A stretch of DNA of 32,000 nt from Acidothermus cellulolyticus 11B (GCF_000015025.1 NC_008578.1:1410001-1442000); one strand, 5' to 3'; positions 17,140-26,216 are shown, numbered from the stretch's first letter. A program made the numbers and translations. Notes: generated by a model from the letters alone, not told the origin.

Positions 17140-18528
17140 CTAATGCCCGAGGTAGAGGTTGACCAACCGGCCGATCCGGGACGGCCGTCCCGTGAACCGC
17201 TCCTCGACGTCGGCAAGCCGGGTGAGCAGCAGCCCGGCGTTGATTCCCAGCCACCGGAGCGGCTCAGGCTCCCAGCGCGGTGGTTCGGCATTCGTCACCC
17301 ACGGCAGCCGGATCCGCGGGCTGTCCACCCCGGCGGCCAGCTCGGCAAGGGTTCGTCCCGCGAGGTGGGAAGCGGCGACGCCGTCCCCGACGTAGCCGCC
17401 CGCCCAGCCGAGACGGGTCCGGGGGTCGAAGGCGACACGGGGCATCCAGTCCCGCGGTGCGCCGAGGACGCCGCCCCACGCGTGGGTGAGCGGGACGCCG
17501 GCAATTGGCGGGAAGAGGTCCCGAACCGCGGCGGCGAGGGCGTGAAAGACCTCCGGACGAATCACACCCCGGTCGGAGGTCCGTGATCCCAGCCGGTACG
17601 GCGCGCCCCGCCCACCGAAGGCGATCCGCCCATCGGCCGTGCGCTGAGCGTAGATCAGGAGATGCCGGCCGTCGGTGAGCGTCTCCCGCCGCGACCAGCC
17701 GATTCGCGCCCAGATCTCGTCGGGCACCGGGGCCGTGGCCACCATCAGCGAATACAGCGGGACGAGACGCCGGTGGGTGGCGCGGAACCGCGCGGTGTAC
17801 GCCTCGGTACAGACCAGCACGGCACCGGCCCGGATCCGCCCCCGAGGGGTCTCGACAACGCCGCGATCCCACCGGAGCGCCGGGGAGTATTCGAAAATCC
17901 GCCCGCCGCGCCGCTCGACTGCATCCGCGAGGCCGCGCACCAGCCGAAGCGGATGGACGGCCGCGCAGTGCGGGGTGAAAACCGCCCCGTGCGTGCCGCT
18001 CGCCGTGACGTGCTCGGCCGCCTCCTCGGCGTCGAGCCATCGGTAGTGCTCCGGCCCGAAGCCCCACGCCCGCTCAGCCTCGAGCGCAGCCTGCAATCGC
18101 AGCCGCTGCGCCGGCGTCCGGGCGAGCGTGAGGCTGCCCCCTTTGACGTAACCGCAGTCGATTCCCTCCGCCGCCGCCACCCGGCCGACTTCGTCCACCG
18201 CGTCGAAGAGCGCGTGCTGAAGCGCCACCGCCGCCTCCGGCGACGAACGCGCCGCGACGCGCTCCCGCGACGCCGGAAAGATCGCCGAGCACCAGCCGCC
18301 GTTCCGTCCCGAGGCGCCGTACCCGACGCTCCGCGCTTCGACGACCACAACGTCTGCTGACGGCAGGTGTTCCCGCAGGTAGTACGCCGTCCACAGGCCG
18401 GTGTAGCCGGCCCCGATGATGGCGACGTCGGCGGTCAGCGAACCGGTGAGGAACGGGCGTGGCGGTGGAGCCGGCGCGGTCTCTTGCCAGAGGCTCCACC
18501 CGATCGGCGGGAGCAGCGTCGCGGTCAT
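17140..18528 (-). CDS. FAD-dependent oxidoreductase, DAO family, PuuB/OrdL-like (gamma-glutamylputrescine oxidase-like), 462 aa
   Basis: Dinucleotide fold DVAIIGAGYTGLWTAYYL. YGASGRNGGW and GYVGDGVAASHLAGRTLAELAAG match the E. coli PuuB blocks FGASGRNGGQ and GYSGHGVTCTHLAGRLIAELLRG as I recall them. ATG 18528 overlaps the permease stop (ATGA). The 703-aa track ORF 17140..19251 over-extends the 5' end. Confidence 0.85.
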   Translation of the reverse strand: MTATLLPPIGWSLWQETAPAPPPRPFLTGSLTADVAIIGAGYTGLWTAYYLREHLPSADVVVVEARSVGYGASGRNGGWCSAIFPASRERVAARSSPEAAVALQHALFDAVDEVGRVAAAEGIDCGYVKGGSLTLARTPAQRLRLQAALEAERAWGFGPEHYRWLDAEEAAEHVTASGTHGAVFTPHCAAVHPLRLVRGLADAVERRGGRIFEYSPALRWDRGVVETPRGRIRAGAVLVCTEAYTARFRATHRRLVPLYSLMVATAPVPDEIWARIGWSRRETLTDGRHLLIYAQRTADGRIAFGGRGAPYRLGSRTSDRGVIRPEVFHALAAAVRDLFPPIAGVPLTHAWGGVLGAPRDWMPRVAFDPRTRLGWAGGYVGDGVAASHLAGRTLAELAAGVDSPRIRLPWVTNAEPPRWEPEPLRWLGINAGLLLTRLADVEERFTGRPSRIGRLVNLYLGH

Positions 18529-19361
18529 CGCCGGATGCGTTGGACGACGACACCGCCGGCAGCGAGGAGAACACCGCCAACGAAGATCATCGTGCCAAGG
18601 ACGTTGACCTCGGGTGGAATGCCAAGACGGGTCGCGCCATACACCCAGAGCGGGAAGGTGAGCGTCTTCCCGGCGTTGAACTGCGTGATGACGAAGTCGT
18701 CGATGGAGAGGGCGAACGCCAGCAGCGCTCCGGCGATGATCCCTGGCAGGAGCATGGGCAGCGTCACTCGGGCGAACGTCACCAGCGGGCCGGCACCCAG
18801 GTCGCGGGCCGCCTCCTCCAGACTGCGGTCGAACGCCGCCATCCGCGCCTGAACGGTTACCGCGACGTACGCGACGTCGAAGGTCACTTGGGAGATGACG
18901 ATCGTCCAGTACCCGCGGGGCACGCCCAGGCTGATGAAGAGCGACAGCAAGCCGGTGGCCATCGCAATCTCTGAGGCGGCGATGACCGCAAAAAGGGTCA
19001 GCTCGACGGCCCGGGAACCGAGAAAACGCCACCGCCCGAGCGCGAAACCGGCGAGCGTGCCCATGACGACCGAGATGGCCGTCACGATGCACGCAATGGT
19101 GAGCGAGTTGACGAGAGCGGTGGTGAGGTCGGGAATGTCGAACGGATGGCGGTACCAGCGGAGGGTGAAGCCCTGCCACCGGTAGTTGAAGCGACCGTGC
19201 ACGTTGTTGAACCCGAAAAGAATGATGATGGCGATCGGCAGCATCAGCCACGCAAGGACACCGAGGGTATAGAGCCGCAGGCCGAGGCCACGCCAGCGGC
19301 GCCGGCGCCGTGCCGTCCGGGTGACCGGTCGCGTTTCTTCCCGAACCGTGACCGCCGTCAT
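18525..19361 (-). CDS. ABC transporter permease, PotC-like (spermidine/putrescine family), 278 aa
   Basis: Multi-pass hydrophobic protein. EAA-type loop SLEEAARDLGAGPLVTFARVTLP. Its start overlaps the upstream permease stop (ATGA at 19361..19358). Confidence 0.9.
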   Translation of the reverse strand: MTAVTVREETRPVTRTARRRRRWRGLGLRLYTLGVLAWLMLPIAIIILFGFNNVHGRFNYRWQGFTLRWYRHPFDIPDLTTALVNSLTIACIVTAISVVMGTLAGFALGRWRFLGSRAVELTLFAVIAASEIAMATGLLSLFISLGVPRGYWTIVISQVTFDVAYVAVTVQARMAAFDRSLEEAARDLGAGPLVTFARVTLPMLLPGIIAGALLAFALSIDDFVITQFNAGKTLTFPLWVYGATRLGIPPEVNVLGTMIFVGGVLLAAGGVVVQRIRR

Positions 19362-20224
19362 GCCGCCGTCACCCGGAACACGTCGCGCGTACCCAGCACC
19401 CGCGCGTAGAGCAGGACGAAGACCAGCAGCGCACCGGTGACCACAACCGAGAGCGCCGAAGCGCCGGGATAGTCCGCGTTGGTGAGGTAAAGCGTCTGGA
19501 TGATGTTTCCAATCATTGTCTGACCGGGACCGCCCAGAATCGCCGCCTCGACGTAATCCGTTGTCGCGGGAACGAACGTGAGCAGGACCGCGGCGAACAC
19601 GCCCGGAATGCTCAGCGGCAGAACAATACGGAGAAAGGTCGCGGTGCGGGCCGCGTAAAGGTCGGCTGCCGCCTCAATGAGCCGCCGGTCGATCCGTTCC
19701 AATGCCACGTAAATGGGCAGCACGGTGAACGGCAGGTAGTTGTACGCAAGCCCGCCAATCACCGCCCAGCTGGTGGCGAGGACGTGGAAGCCCGCACTGA
19801 CGACGTGGTGGTCGTGCAGGGGGCCGAGGAGAAGTCCGTTGTCGCCGAGGAGGAATTGCCACGCTACGGTGCGGAGCACGAAGGTGACGAAGAACGGAAG
19901 CAGCAGGAGGAACAAGTACGTCGACTTCCGCCGTCCGCCATAGAAGGCAATCCAGTACGCCGCCGGATAGCCAAGGAGAATCGTCGCGATCGTCGCCGCT
20001 CCGGCGTACCAGACCGAGCGGACGAGCTGGTCATGGTAGGCGGAGAGCAGGTTCGGATACACCGACCAGTGGAACGTCTGGCGGAATCCCGAGACGAGAT
20101 CCCCGGTCTGCAGCGACAACGAGAAGCGGACGAAGAACGGTACGACGAAGAAGACGGCGAGCCAGAGCACGACCGGCAAGACAAGAAGGTACGCCGCGCT
20201 CCGCCGTCGCCACGCTGTCGCCAT
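19358..20224 (-). CDS. ABC transporter permease, PotB-like, 288 aa
   Basis: Multi-pass hydrophobic protein. EAA loop RLIEAAADLYAARTATFLRIVLPL. It sits in the transporter operon. Confidence 0.9.
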   Translation of the reverse strand: MATAWRRRSAAYLLVLPVVLWLAVFFVVPFFVRFSLSLQTGDLVSGFRQTFHWSVYPNLLSAYHDQLVRSVWYAGAATIATILLGYPAAYWIAFYGGRRKSTYLFLLLLPFFVTFVLRTVAWQFLLGDNGLLLGPLHDHHVVSAGFHVLATSWAVIGGLAYNYLPFTVLPIYVALERIDRRLIEAAADLYAARTATFLRIVLPLSIPGVFAAVLLTFVPATTDYVEAAILGGPGQTMIGNIIQTLYLTNADYPGASALSVVVTGALLVFVLLYARVLGTRDVFRVTAA

Positions 20225-20235
20225 CGAGGTCCCCG

Positions 20236-21498
20236 CTACCCCTGGTAGATGGGCTCGAAAATGCTGTTCCAGACGGTGAGTTCGTCTTCGGTCAGGGTCC
20301 GGTAGTTGTACACCTTCTGGTAGTCCTGCTCCGTTGGGAAGACCAGCGGGCTGTTCGCCACGTCAAGCAGGGACTTCTGGTCGTCGCCGGTGGCCTGCTT
20401 GGCATCAGCGAGGATGACGTCACGGGCCGCAGGCACGGGCGTGATGTAGTTGACGTACTCGGCCACCATGGCGGCGATTTTCGGCTGGTAGTACCAATCC
20501 ATGAGCATGAGCGCGTCAACCGGATGCTGGGCGTACTTGAGGAGCACCAGGTTGTCGGTCCAGATGACGCCGCCCTCCTTGGGTATCACGAATTTCAGGT
20601 TGCTGGCGCCGGAGGCAAGCGCCTGAAACACATCACCGGACCAGGCCTGGCTCGCCCAGATGTCACCGTTGCTCAACGCCTTGATGTAATCCTGCTCGTA
20701 GTACTGGCGGACGATTCCCTTGTCACGCTGCTCCTTGAGTTTGGCCGCGGCTTGACGCCACTCATTGGGACCGGTTTTCTGCGGGTCACCGAACATCGCC
20801 ACGAGGACCGCGTTCGGCAGATCCTCGTTGTCCGCGAACATGCCCACCTTGCCCTTGAGCCGCTCGTCCCAGAGGTCGAAGAAACTGGTGATCGGCTTCG
20901 GCACCTTGGTGGTGTCGTAGGCGATGCCGGTGAACCCTGACTGCCACGGCACGGTATAGACGTTTCCCGGATCGTACGAGGTCTTCCGGTACTTCGGATC
21001 GACGTACTTCGCGAAGTTCTGCAGGTAGGAGTGGTCAAGTGGAATCAAGTAACCGAGCTGCATGAGCCGGTCGAGCGACGTGCCGTTGGTGATGGTCGCG
21101 ACATCGTACCCGGTGTACTGGCCCGCCTGCAGCACCGGAAGGATTTTCGCGAGGAATGAGGGATCGTCCTGGATCACCTCGTAGTAATTGACTTTTATCC
21201 CGGTCGCCTTGGTGAAGGCGTCGACCGACGGGTGGTCGTTCTTGTTCTGGGAATTGACGTCGATGTACAGCGGCCACTGCGCCCAGTTGACCAGACCGGT
21301 TTTCTTCTTCCCCTTCCAATAATCTTGAATCTCCGTCGCGAGCGCACTGCCGCTGGCCGCCGGCTTCGCCGCGCCCTTGACGCCGCAGGCGCTGAGCAGT
21401 GCCGCGCCTGATCCGATGCCGAGCAGCCTGAGGAAATCCCGTCGAGCGACGCTGCGACCGCCGATGGAAACCCACGGATCTGTCCGCTGTTCGGTCAT
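20236..21498 (-). CDS. Polyamine-type (PotD/PotF family) ABC substrate-binding lipoprotein with a Tat-like signal, 420 aa
   Basis: ORF trimmed to ATG 21498, which overlaps the ATPase stop (ATGA). The N-terminus is MTEQRTDPWVSIGGRSVARRDFLRLLGIGSGAALLSACG, with a twin-arginine RRDFL motif and an LSAC lipobox. The mature part is a PotD/PotF-like periplasmic binding fold (WAQWPLYID..., YTVPWQSGFTGIAYD). Confidence 0.88.
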   Translation of the reverse strand: MTEQRTDPWVSIGGRSVARRDFLRLLGIGSGAALLSACGVKGAAKPAASGSALATEIQDYWKGKKKTGLVNWAQWPLYIDVNSQNKNDHPSVDAFTKATGIKVNYYEVIQDDPSFLAKILPVLQAGQYTGYDVATITNGTSLDRLMQLGYLIPLDHSYLQNFAKYVDPKYRKTSYDPGNVYTVPWQSGFTGIAYDTTKVPKPITSFFDLWDERLKGKVGMFADNEDLPNAVLVAMFGDPQKTGPNEWRQAAAKLKEQRDKGIVRQYYEQDYIKALSNGDIWASQAWSGDVFQALASGASNLKFVIPKEGGVIWTDNLVLLKYAQHPVDALMLMDWYYQPKIAAMVAEYVNYITPVPAARDVILADAKQATGDDQKSLLDVANSPLVFPTEQDYQKVYNYRTLTEDELTVWNSIFEPIYQG

Positions 21499-22682
21499 GG
21501 TGCCGCCTCCTCCGGTACATCGGTCGCATCGGCGTGAATCAACTGGTAACCGTGCTCGGGCCGCCACCACAGCCAGATCCGATCCCCGGGAGCTGGTACA
21601 AGGTCGGCGGTGCCGTCATTCTGCGCGTACACAACCAACTGCTCGGCGACGCTCGTCGCCACCACGTACTGCGTCGCGGTGCCGAGGTACACCACTTCCC
21701 GGACGACCCCGAGAAGACGACACCTATCGCCGTCCGGCGGATGGAGGCTGAGCCGAATCTTCTCGGGACGGACCGTGGCGGAGATGGATGCCCCCGGCGG
21801 AACGGGGACCCGCAACGGAACAAGCACCCGCTCGTCAGCCGACGTCGCCAGGAGCGCGATCGCACCCTCAATTCGGGCGAGTGGAGCGGAGATGACATTC
21901 GACGTGCCGATGAAGCCGGCGACGAACGGCGTGCTCGGTGTCTCGTAGATTTCCCGCGGCGTACCCAGTTGCTCCACCCGGCCGGCGTTCATGACCGCAA
22001 TGCGGTCGGACATGGTCAGCGCCTCGCCCTGGTCGTGGGTGACATAGACGAAGGTCACACCGGCTTCCCGCTGAATACGCTTGAGCTCCAGCTGCATCGC
22101 CTGCCGAAGTTTCAGGTCCAGCGCGCCGAGCGGTTCGTCCAAGAGCAGGGCGCGCGGCCGGTTGACCAACGCCCGGGCGAGGGCGACCCGCTGCTGCTGG
22201 CCGCCGGAGAGTTCATCCGGACGCCGCTTCTCCCGCCCCACCAGGTCGACGAGCTCGAGCGCTTCACCGACCCGGCGGCGGATTTCCTCCCGCGGCAGCT
22301 TCTTCCGCTTCGGGCCGAAGGCGACGTTCTCCCAGACGGTGAGGTGGGGGAAGAGTGCGTAGTTCTGAAAAACCATGTTGACGTCTCGGCGATGCGGCGG
22401 TACGTCGGTCACGTCCCGGCCTTCGAGAAGGATGCGGCCCGTCGTCGGCTCCTCGAAACCGGCAATCATCCGGAGGGTGGTGGTTTTCCCGCAGCCACTG
22501 GGGCCGAGGAGTGAGAAGAATTCGCCGGATCGGACCGCGAGCGTGAGCGCATGGACCGCGACGACGTCCCCGGTTCGCGAGGAATACACCTTCGAAATAT
22601 CCCGCAGGGCGATACCCGGTGTTTCGTCGGGTGTGTAATCGGTCACCGGGTTCCCGTGTCTCGTCTCATCCAGCGCAGTCAT
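21495..22682 (-). CDS. ABC transporter ATP-binding protein, PotA-like, 395 aa
   Basis: Walker A GPSGCGKTT, signature LSGGQQQR, Walker B LLLDEPLGALD, H-loop YVTHDQ. The C-terminal part resembles a TOBE-like domain. Confidence 0.92.
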   Translation of the reverse strand: MTALDETRHGNPVTDYTPDETPGIALRDISKVYSSRTGDVVAVHALTLAVRSGEFFSLLGPSGCGKTTTLRMIAGFEEPTTGRILLEGRDVTDVPPHRRDVNMVFQNYALFPHLTVWENVAFGPKRKKLPREEIRRRVGEALELVDLVGREKRRPDELSGGQQQRVALARALVNRPRALLLDEPLGALDLKLRQAMQLELKRIQREAGVTFVYVTHDQGEALTMSDRIAVMNAGRVEQLGTPREIYETPSTPFVAGFIGTSNVISAPLARIEGAIALLATSADERVLVPLRVPVPPGASISATVRPEKIRLSLHPPDGDRCRLLGVVREVVYLGTATQYVVATSVAEQLVVYAQNDGTADLVPAPGDRIWLWWRPEHGYQLIHADATDVPEEAAP

Positions 22683-22697
22683 CGTTGTGTCGCTGTC

Positions 22698-24134
22698 TCA
22701 CCGCCCGATGTAACTCATGACGTGCTTGATCCGGGTGTAATCCTCAAGGGCGTAAATGGACAGGTCCTTACCGTACCCGGAATGTTTGAACCCGCCGTGC
22801 GGCATCTCCGCAACCAACGGGATATGCGTATTGATCCACACGCAGCCGAAGTCAAGGGCGCGCGCGACCCGCAGGGCCCGTCCGTGGTCGCGGGTCCACA
22901 CACTGGACGCCAGGCCATACCGTACGCCGTTCGCCCACCGGAGCGCGTCGTCCTCGGACTCAAAACGCTGCACGGTGACCACCGGCCCGAACACTTCGTT
23001 CTGCGAGATTTCATCCTCGTGGCGGACGCCGCAGACCACCGTCGGCGCGAAGAAGAAGCCCCGCTCACCCACCGGCGTACCGCCGGTGACCACCTGGGCG
23101 TGACGCGGAAGCCGCTCCAGAAAGCCCTGAACCCGCTGAAGCTGCTGCGCATTGTTCAACGGCCCGTACGCAGCATCGGGGTCGTCCGGCGGTCCGGTCC
23201 GCGTCTCCTTGGCCTGCATGGCCAATGCTTCGACAAGCTCGTCGTGAATGCGCGGCGCGGCAAGCACTCGGGTGGCCGCCGTGCAGTCCTGCCCCGCATT
23301 GAAGTACGCTGCGGCAGCAATGCCCTCGGCGGTCGTCTCCGGATCCGCGTCGTCGAAGACGATGACCGGGGCCTTCCCGCCCAATTCGAGATGAACCCGC
23401 TTGAGGTCGCGGGCGGCCGCGCCGGCGACGTCCATGCCGGCCTGAACGCTGCCGGTGATGGCGACCAGCTGCGGGACGGGATGGGCGACCAGCTGGCGGC
23501 CGGTGTCCCGATCGCCGAGGACGACGTTGAGAACCCCGGGCGGCAGATGGCGGGCCGCAAGCTCAGCCAGCCGGAGCGTGCTCAGCGGCGTCGTCTCACT
23601 CGGCTTGAGCACCACCGTGTTCCCCGCCGCAATGGCTGGCGCGAATTTCCAGACCGCCATCATCAGCGGGTAATTCCACGGCGTGACCTGAGCGCAGACG
23701 CCGATCGGCTCCCGGCGGATGATCGAGGTGTGCTCCGCGAGGTACTCGCCGGCGGAGAGGCCGGCAAGGAGCCGCGCCGCGCCGGCGAAGAAGCGAATCT
23801 GGTCGACGGCCGGGGGTAATTCTTCGCTCGCGGTGAGCGCCCGAGGCTTGCCGGTGTTCCGGCATTCGATGTCGACGAGTTCGTCGGCGTGCGCCTCAAC
23901 CTCGTCCGCAATGCGCAGCAGAGCGCGGCTCCGCTCCGCAGGAGTGGCGTCCCGCCAGCGGGGGAACGCCTCCGCCGCTGCTTGCATTGCCGCATCGATA
24001 TCGGCTGCAGACGACGCGGGCGACCGCGCAATGACCTCCCCGGTTGCCGGATCCACGACGTCAAACCAGCGGTCGCTCCGCGCCTCGACATAGTCGCCGG
24101 CGATGAAGTTTCGGAGTTCGACGACGGTGGACAT
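22698..24134 (-). CDS. NAD-dependent aldehyde dehydrogenase, gamma-aminobutyraldehyde dehydrogenase (PatD/YdcW)-like, 478 aa
   Basis: Catalytic Glu block ELGGKAPVIVFDDAD and catalytic Cys block NAGQDCTAATR. The long C-terminal match YGLASSVWTRDHGRALRVARALDFGCVWINTHIPLVAEMPHGGFKHSGYGKDLSIYALEDYT closely parallels E. coli PatD as I recall it. ATG 24134 is preceded by GGAGGGG. Confidence 0.9.
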   Translation of the reverse strand: MSTVVELRNFIAGDYVEARSDRWFDVVDPATGEVIARSPASSAADIDAAMQAAAEAFPRWRDATPAERSRALLRIADEVEAHADELVDIECRNTGKPRALTASEELPPAVDQIRFFAGAARLLAGLSAGEYLAEHTSIIRREPIGVCAQVTPWNYPLMMAVWKFAPAIAAGNTVVLKPSETTPLSTLRLAELAARHLPPGVLNVVLGDRDTGRQLVAHPVPQLVAITGSVQAGMDVAGAAARDLKRVHLELGGKAPVIVFDDADPETTAEGIAAAAYFNAGQDCTAATRVLAAPRIHDELVEALAMQAKETRTGPPDDPDAAYGPLNNAQQLQRVQGFLERLPRHAQVVTGGTPVGERGFFFAPTVVCGVRHEDEISQNEVFGPVVTVQRFESEDDALRWANGVRYGLASSVWTRDHGRALRVARALDFGCVWINTHIPLVAEMPHGGFKHSGYGKDLSIYALEDYTRIKHVMSYIGR

Positions 24135-24194
24135 CCGCACCACCCCTCCACCAGGGTCGTTCGTCCCCCGCTGGCGGGGACGTTCGTGGCCACA

Positions 24195-24223
24195 ACTATG
24201 GCACGCGACGCGGAATCACGCAA
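24195..24223 (-). promoter_or_regulatory. Candidate sigma-70-type promoter for the aldehyde dehydrogenase-transporter-oxidase operon
   Basis: On the minus strand: TTGCGT (24223..24218), 17 nt, CATAGT (24200..24195). It lies about 60 nt upstream of ATG 24134. Confidence 0.3.
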
Positions 24224-24263
24224 GGGTTTCCGTCGCCAAAATTCATGATCGCCACGGTTTCGG

Positions 24264-24292
24264 TTGACAGATGAGCCTTTGACCGTCAGAAT
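24264..24292 (+). promoter_or_regulatory. Candidate sigma-70-type promoter for the lrp-aminotransferase-ald operon
   Basis: TTGACA (24264-24269), 17 nt, CAGAAT (24287-24292). The TTG that the ORF track uses as a start codon at 24264 is the first half of this -35 hexamer. Confidence 0.4.
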
Positions 24293-24323
24293 CCGTAGAG
24301 ACACAGGAGACGCAGGGGCAGCC

Positions 24324-24818
24324 ATGGGACGCCACGACGGCAGCGGCGACGACCAGGTCCTCGGAAACGGAGCACTCCTCGACGCCACCGGAAAGGCGAT
24401 CATCGAGCAGCTCCAGCAGGACGGCCGGCGCTCCTACGCCGCGATCGCCAAGGCGGTTGGGCTCTCGGAAGCGGCGGTCCGCCAACGGGTACAGCGGCTG
24501 ATCGACAGCGGCGTCATGCAAATCGTCGCCGTCACCGACCCGCTCACCTTGGGCTTCTCCCGGTGGGCCATGCTCGGACTCCGCGTGGACGGCGACCTGC
24601 AGAAAGCGGCCGACACCCTTGCCGCAATTCCGGAGGTCGACTACGTCGTGATCTGCGCCGGCTCCTTTGACCTGCTGGCCGAAGTGGTCTGCGAGGACGA
24701 CGCCCACCTGCTGCGACTCCTCAACGAACAAATTCGCACCCTGCCCCAGGTCCGCTCGGTGGAGAGTTTCGTCTACCTGCGGCTGGTCAAGCAGACCTAC
24801 ACCTGGGGCACCCGTTGA
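24324..24818 (+). CDS. Lrp/AsnC family transcriptional regulator (164 aa from ATG 24324)
   Basis: HTH region LDATGKAIIEQLQQDGRRSYAAIAKAVGLSEAAVRQRVQRLIDSGV. C-terminal RAM/AsnC_trans_reg-like domain (...DLLAEVVCEDDAHLLRLLNEQIRTLPQVRSVESF). I prefer ATG 24324 to TTG 24264 because of the promoter-like motif described above. Confidence 0.85.
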   Translation: MGRHDGSGDDQVLGNGALLDATGKAIIEQLQQDGRRSYAAIAKAVGLSEAAVRQRVQRLIDSGVMQIVAVTDPLTLGFSRWAMLGLRVDGDLQKAADTLAAIPEVDYVVICAGSFDLLAEVVCEDDAHLLRLLNEQIRTLPQVRSVESFVYLRLVKQTYTWGTR

Positions 24819-24836
24819 TGTCGAGGAAGCGAGACC

Positions 24837-26216
24837 ATGTCCACCTCTAACACCGACCATGACGCATTGCAGGCCGCGGTCCGCACCAACCTCTGGCTGC
24901 ACTTCACCCGGATGGGGGTGTACCGCGACCACGAGGTACCGGTCATCGTCCGCGGAGAAGGCCCCTACGTCTGGGACAGCAGGGGCAAGCGGTACCTCGA
25001 CGGCCTCTCGGGTCTCTTCGTCGTCCAGGTCGGCCACGGACGGACCGAACTCGCCGAAGCCGCAGGAAAACAGGCGGCGGAACTCGGTTATTTCCCGCTC
25101 TGGAGCTATGCGCACCCCACGGCGACCGAACTCGCCGAGCGACTGGCCGCCCTCGCACCGGGGGATCTCAACCGCGTCTTCTTCACCACTGGCGGCTCCG
25201 AAGCGGTCGAAAGCGCCTGGAAACTGGCCCGGCAGTACTTCCGGACCATCGGAGAACCGGGTCGCTACAAGGTCATCAGCCGAGAACTCGCCTATCACGG
25301 AACGACGCTCGGCGCGCTTTCCATCACCGGCCTGCCCGATTACAAAGCGCCTTTCGAGCCGCTCGTGCCGGGATCGGTCCGGGTGCCCAACACGAATTTC
25401 TACCGGGCACCGCTCTTCGGCAACGACCCAGTTGCCTTCGGCCGTTGGGCTGCAGAGGAAATCGAGCGCGCGATCCTGCGGGAAGGCCCGGAGAGTGTCG
25501 CGGCGGTTTTCCTCGAGCCGGTGCAGAATTCCGGCGGCTGTCTGACCCCGCCCCCCGGTTATTTCCAACGGGTCCGGGAAATCTGCGACCGGTACGGTGT
25601 GCTGCTCGTCTCCGACGAGGTGATCTGCGCCTTCGGCCGGCTGGGCCACTACTTCGGTGCCGAGCGGTACGGTTACCAACCCGACATCATCACCGTCGCG
25701 AAGGGCCTGACCAGCGGGTACGTCCCGCTCGGCGCGATGATTGCCAGCGACCGGCTCATGGAACCGTTCCTCGCCGACCAGCGTGCTTTTCTCCATGGCA
25801 TCACGTTCGGCGGCCACCCGGTCAGCTCCGCGGTCGCACTCGCCAACCTCGACATCTTCGAACGGGAACGTCTCCTCGACCACGTACGAACGAACGAGGA
25901 CGCTTTCCGGCGTACGCTGGAGCGCCTCACCGACCTGCCAATCGTCGGGGAAATTCGCGGCGCCGGCTATTTCTGGGCCATCGAACTCGTGAAGGACAAG
26001 ACGACCCGCGAGACCTTCGACGACGACGAGTGCGAATCGCTGCTCCGCGGTTTCCTCTCCCCCGCGCTGTACGACGCCGGGCTCATTTGCCGCGCCGACG
26101 ACCGCGGCGATCCGGTCATCCAGCTCGCGCCGCCGCTCATCTGCGAGCAGCAACAATTCGACGAAATCGAACAGGTGCTCCGCGCCGTGCTCACGGAAGC
26201 CTGGCGGCGCATCTAG
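24837..26216 (+). CDS. Class-III (omega) PLP aminotransferase, putrescine/omega-amine:pyruvate aminotransferase-like, 459 aa
   Basis: TTGGSEAVESAWKLAR, the PLP-N1 Asp block LVSDEVICAFGRLG and the Schiff-base Lys block DIITVAKGLTSGYVPLGA are present. GAGGAAG lies upstream of the ATG. Confidence 0.9.
   Translation: MSTSNTDHDALQAAVRTNLWLHFTRMGVYRDHEVPVIVRGEGPYVWDSRGKRYLDGLSGLFVVQVGHGRTELAEAAGKQAAELGYFPLWSYAHPTATELAERLAALAPGDLNRVFFTTGGSEAVESAWKLARQYFRTIGEPGRYKVISRELAYHGTTLGALSITGLPDYKAPFEPLVPGSVRVPNTNFYRAPLFGNDPVAFGRWAAEEIERAILREGPESVAAVFLEPVQNSGGCLTPPPGYFQRVREICDRYGVLLVSDEVICAFGRLGHYFGAERYGYQPDIITVAKGLTSGYVPLGAMIASDRLMEPFLADQRAFLHGITFGGHPVSSAVALANLDIFERERLLDHVRTNEDAFRRTLERLTDLPIVGEIRGAGYFWAIELVKDKTTRETFDDDECESLLRGFLSPALYDAGLICRADDRGDPVIQLAPPLICEQQQFDEIEQVLRAVLTEAWRRI

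Noticed and set aside
17140-19251. The 703-aa ORF suggests a large fusion protein. Similar 5' extensions exist for pheT (to 3418), ribBA (to 10342), ribD (to 12123), the binding protein (to 21570), ald (from 25445) and metK (to 31103).
   Set aside because: The extensions overlap the upstream conserved gene out of frame, or overlap the FMN riboswitch. They encode low-complexity sequence. Each is superseded by an internal start with an SD or an ATGA/GTGA coupling overlap that gives a canonical N-terminus.
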